Positions 36,182 to 36,343 of a DNA stretch of 36,343 nucleotides are shown here, piece by piece. The stretch's first letter is position 1; each line of letters opens with the position of its first letter. Position numbers and translations under genes: made by a program. Below the pieces are notes generated by a model. That model ran no database searches, was not told where the DNA came from, and was given only the letters and a program-made list of their open reading frames with translations. This stretch comes from a virus (lineage: Duplodnaviria > Caudoviricetes), in the IMG/VR virus record IMGVR_UViG_3300031655_000018, positions 1 to 36,343 of that record, one strand, 5' to 3'.

Positions 36182-36216
36182 GGGTCGCCTCCACTTCGTC
36201 AATTAAGGCCTCAACT

Positions 36217-36343
36217 ATATCCCGTAAAGAACCTAGGTCCTTCAGGAACTGTTTGTCCTCCCAGTGATTAATAGAAACAGACCCGTGGTGGCCTAATAAC
36301 TTCAACTCCCCGTCTGAACCCCAAATCCCCTCTTGACGGGCTT
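36217..36343. repeat. Terminal direct repeat copy 2 (probable assembly overlap)
   Basis: Identical to 1..127. Confidence 0.9.

Noticed and set aside
1-36216. Integrase, repressor, single-subunit RNA polymerase, reverse transcriptase/DGR, introns or inteins, stop-codon recoding
   Set aside because: No motifs were seen. Pol, RNR and TerL are uninterrupted and of normal length, and all three stop codons terminate genes.
36217-36343. 127-bp end repeat as a biological direct terminal repeat
   Set aside because: Its length equals a standard assembler k-mer, and it falls at the convergent junction within an open frame. True ends are more likely near 14.9-15.6 kb.

Overview
Apparently complete 36,216-bp genome of a T7-supergroup-type podovirus with an SIO1/cobavirus (Zobellviridae)-like layout. 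Bases 1-127 recur exactly at 36217-36343, most likely a k=127 assembly overlap. There are two oppositely transcribed arms. The minus-strand arm (14793 to 1) carries small early genes (GP88-like Cys protein, C5 cytosine methyltransferase, stand-alone sigma70 region-4 protein), then SSB, primase-helicase, family A DNA polymerase, PD-(D/E)XK exonuclease, endonuclease I, DUF3310, class II ribonucleotide reductase and MazG. The plus-strand arm (15724 to 36181) carries terminase, portal, scaffold, capsid, a modular fibre set, tail tube proteins, probable ejection proteins, holin and an M15 endolysin. I saw no RNA polymerase, integrase, repressor, tRNA or CRISPR. The best candidate for a novel system is regulatory, in two parts. 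(1) A gamma/betaproteobacterial-type LexA box lies beside the consensus early promoter of an apparently lytic phage. (2) A rigidly spaced promoter class, AGGACACA-N11-GTGTG-N-TAnnnT, precedes the replication, packaging and capsid operons; the phage sigma-4 protein is the candidate reader. GATC appears to be absent. All protein family calls come from recognising motifs by eye, not from database searches.
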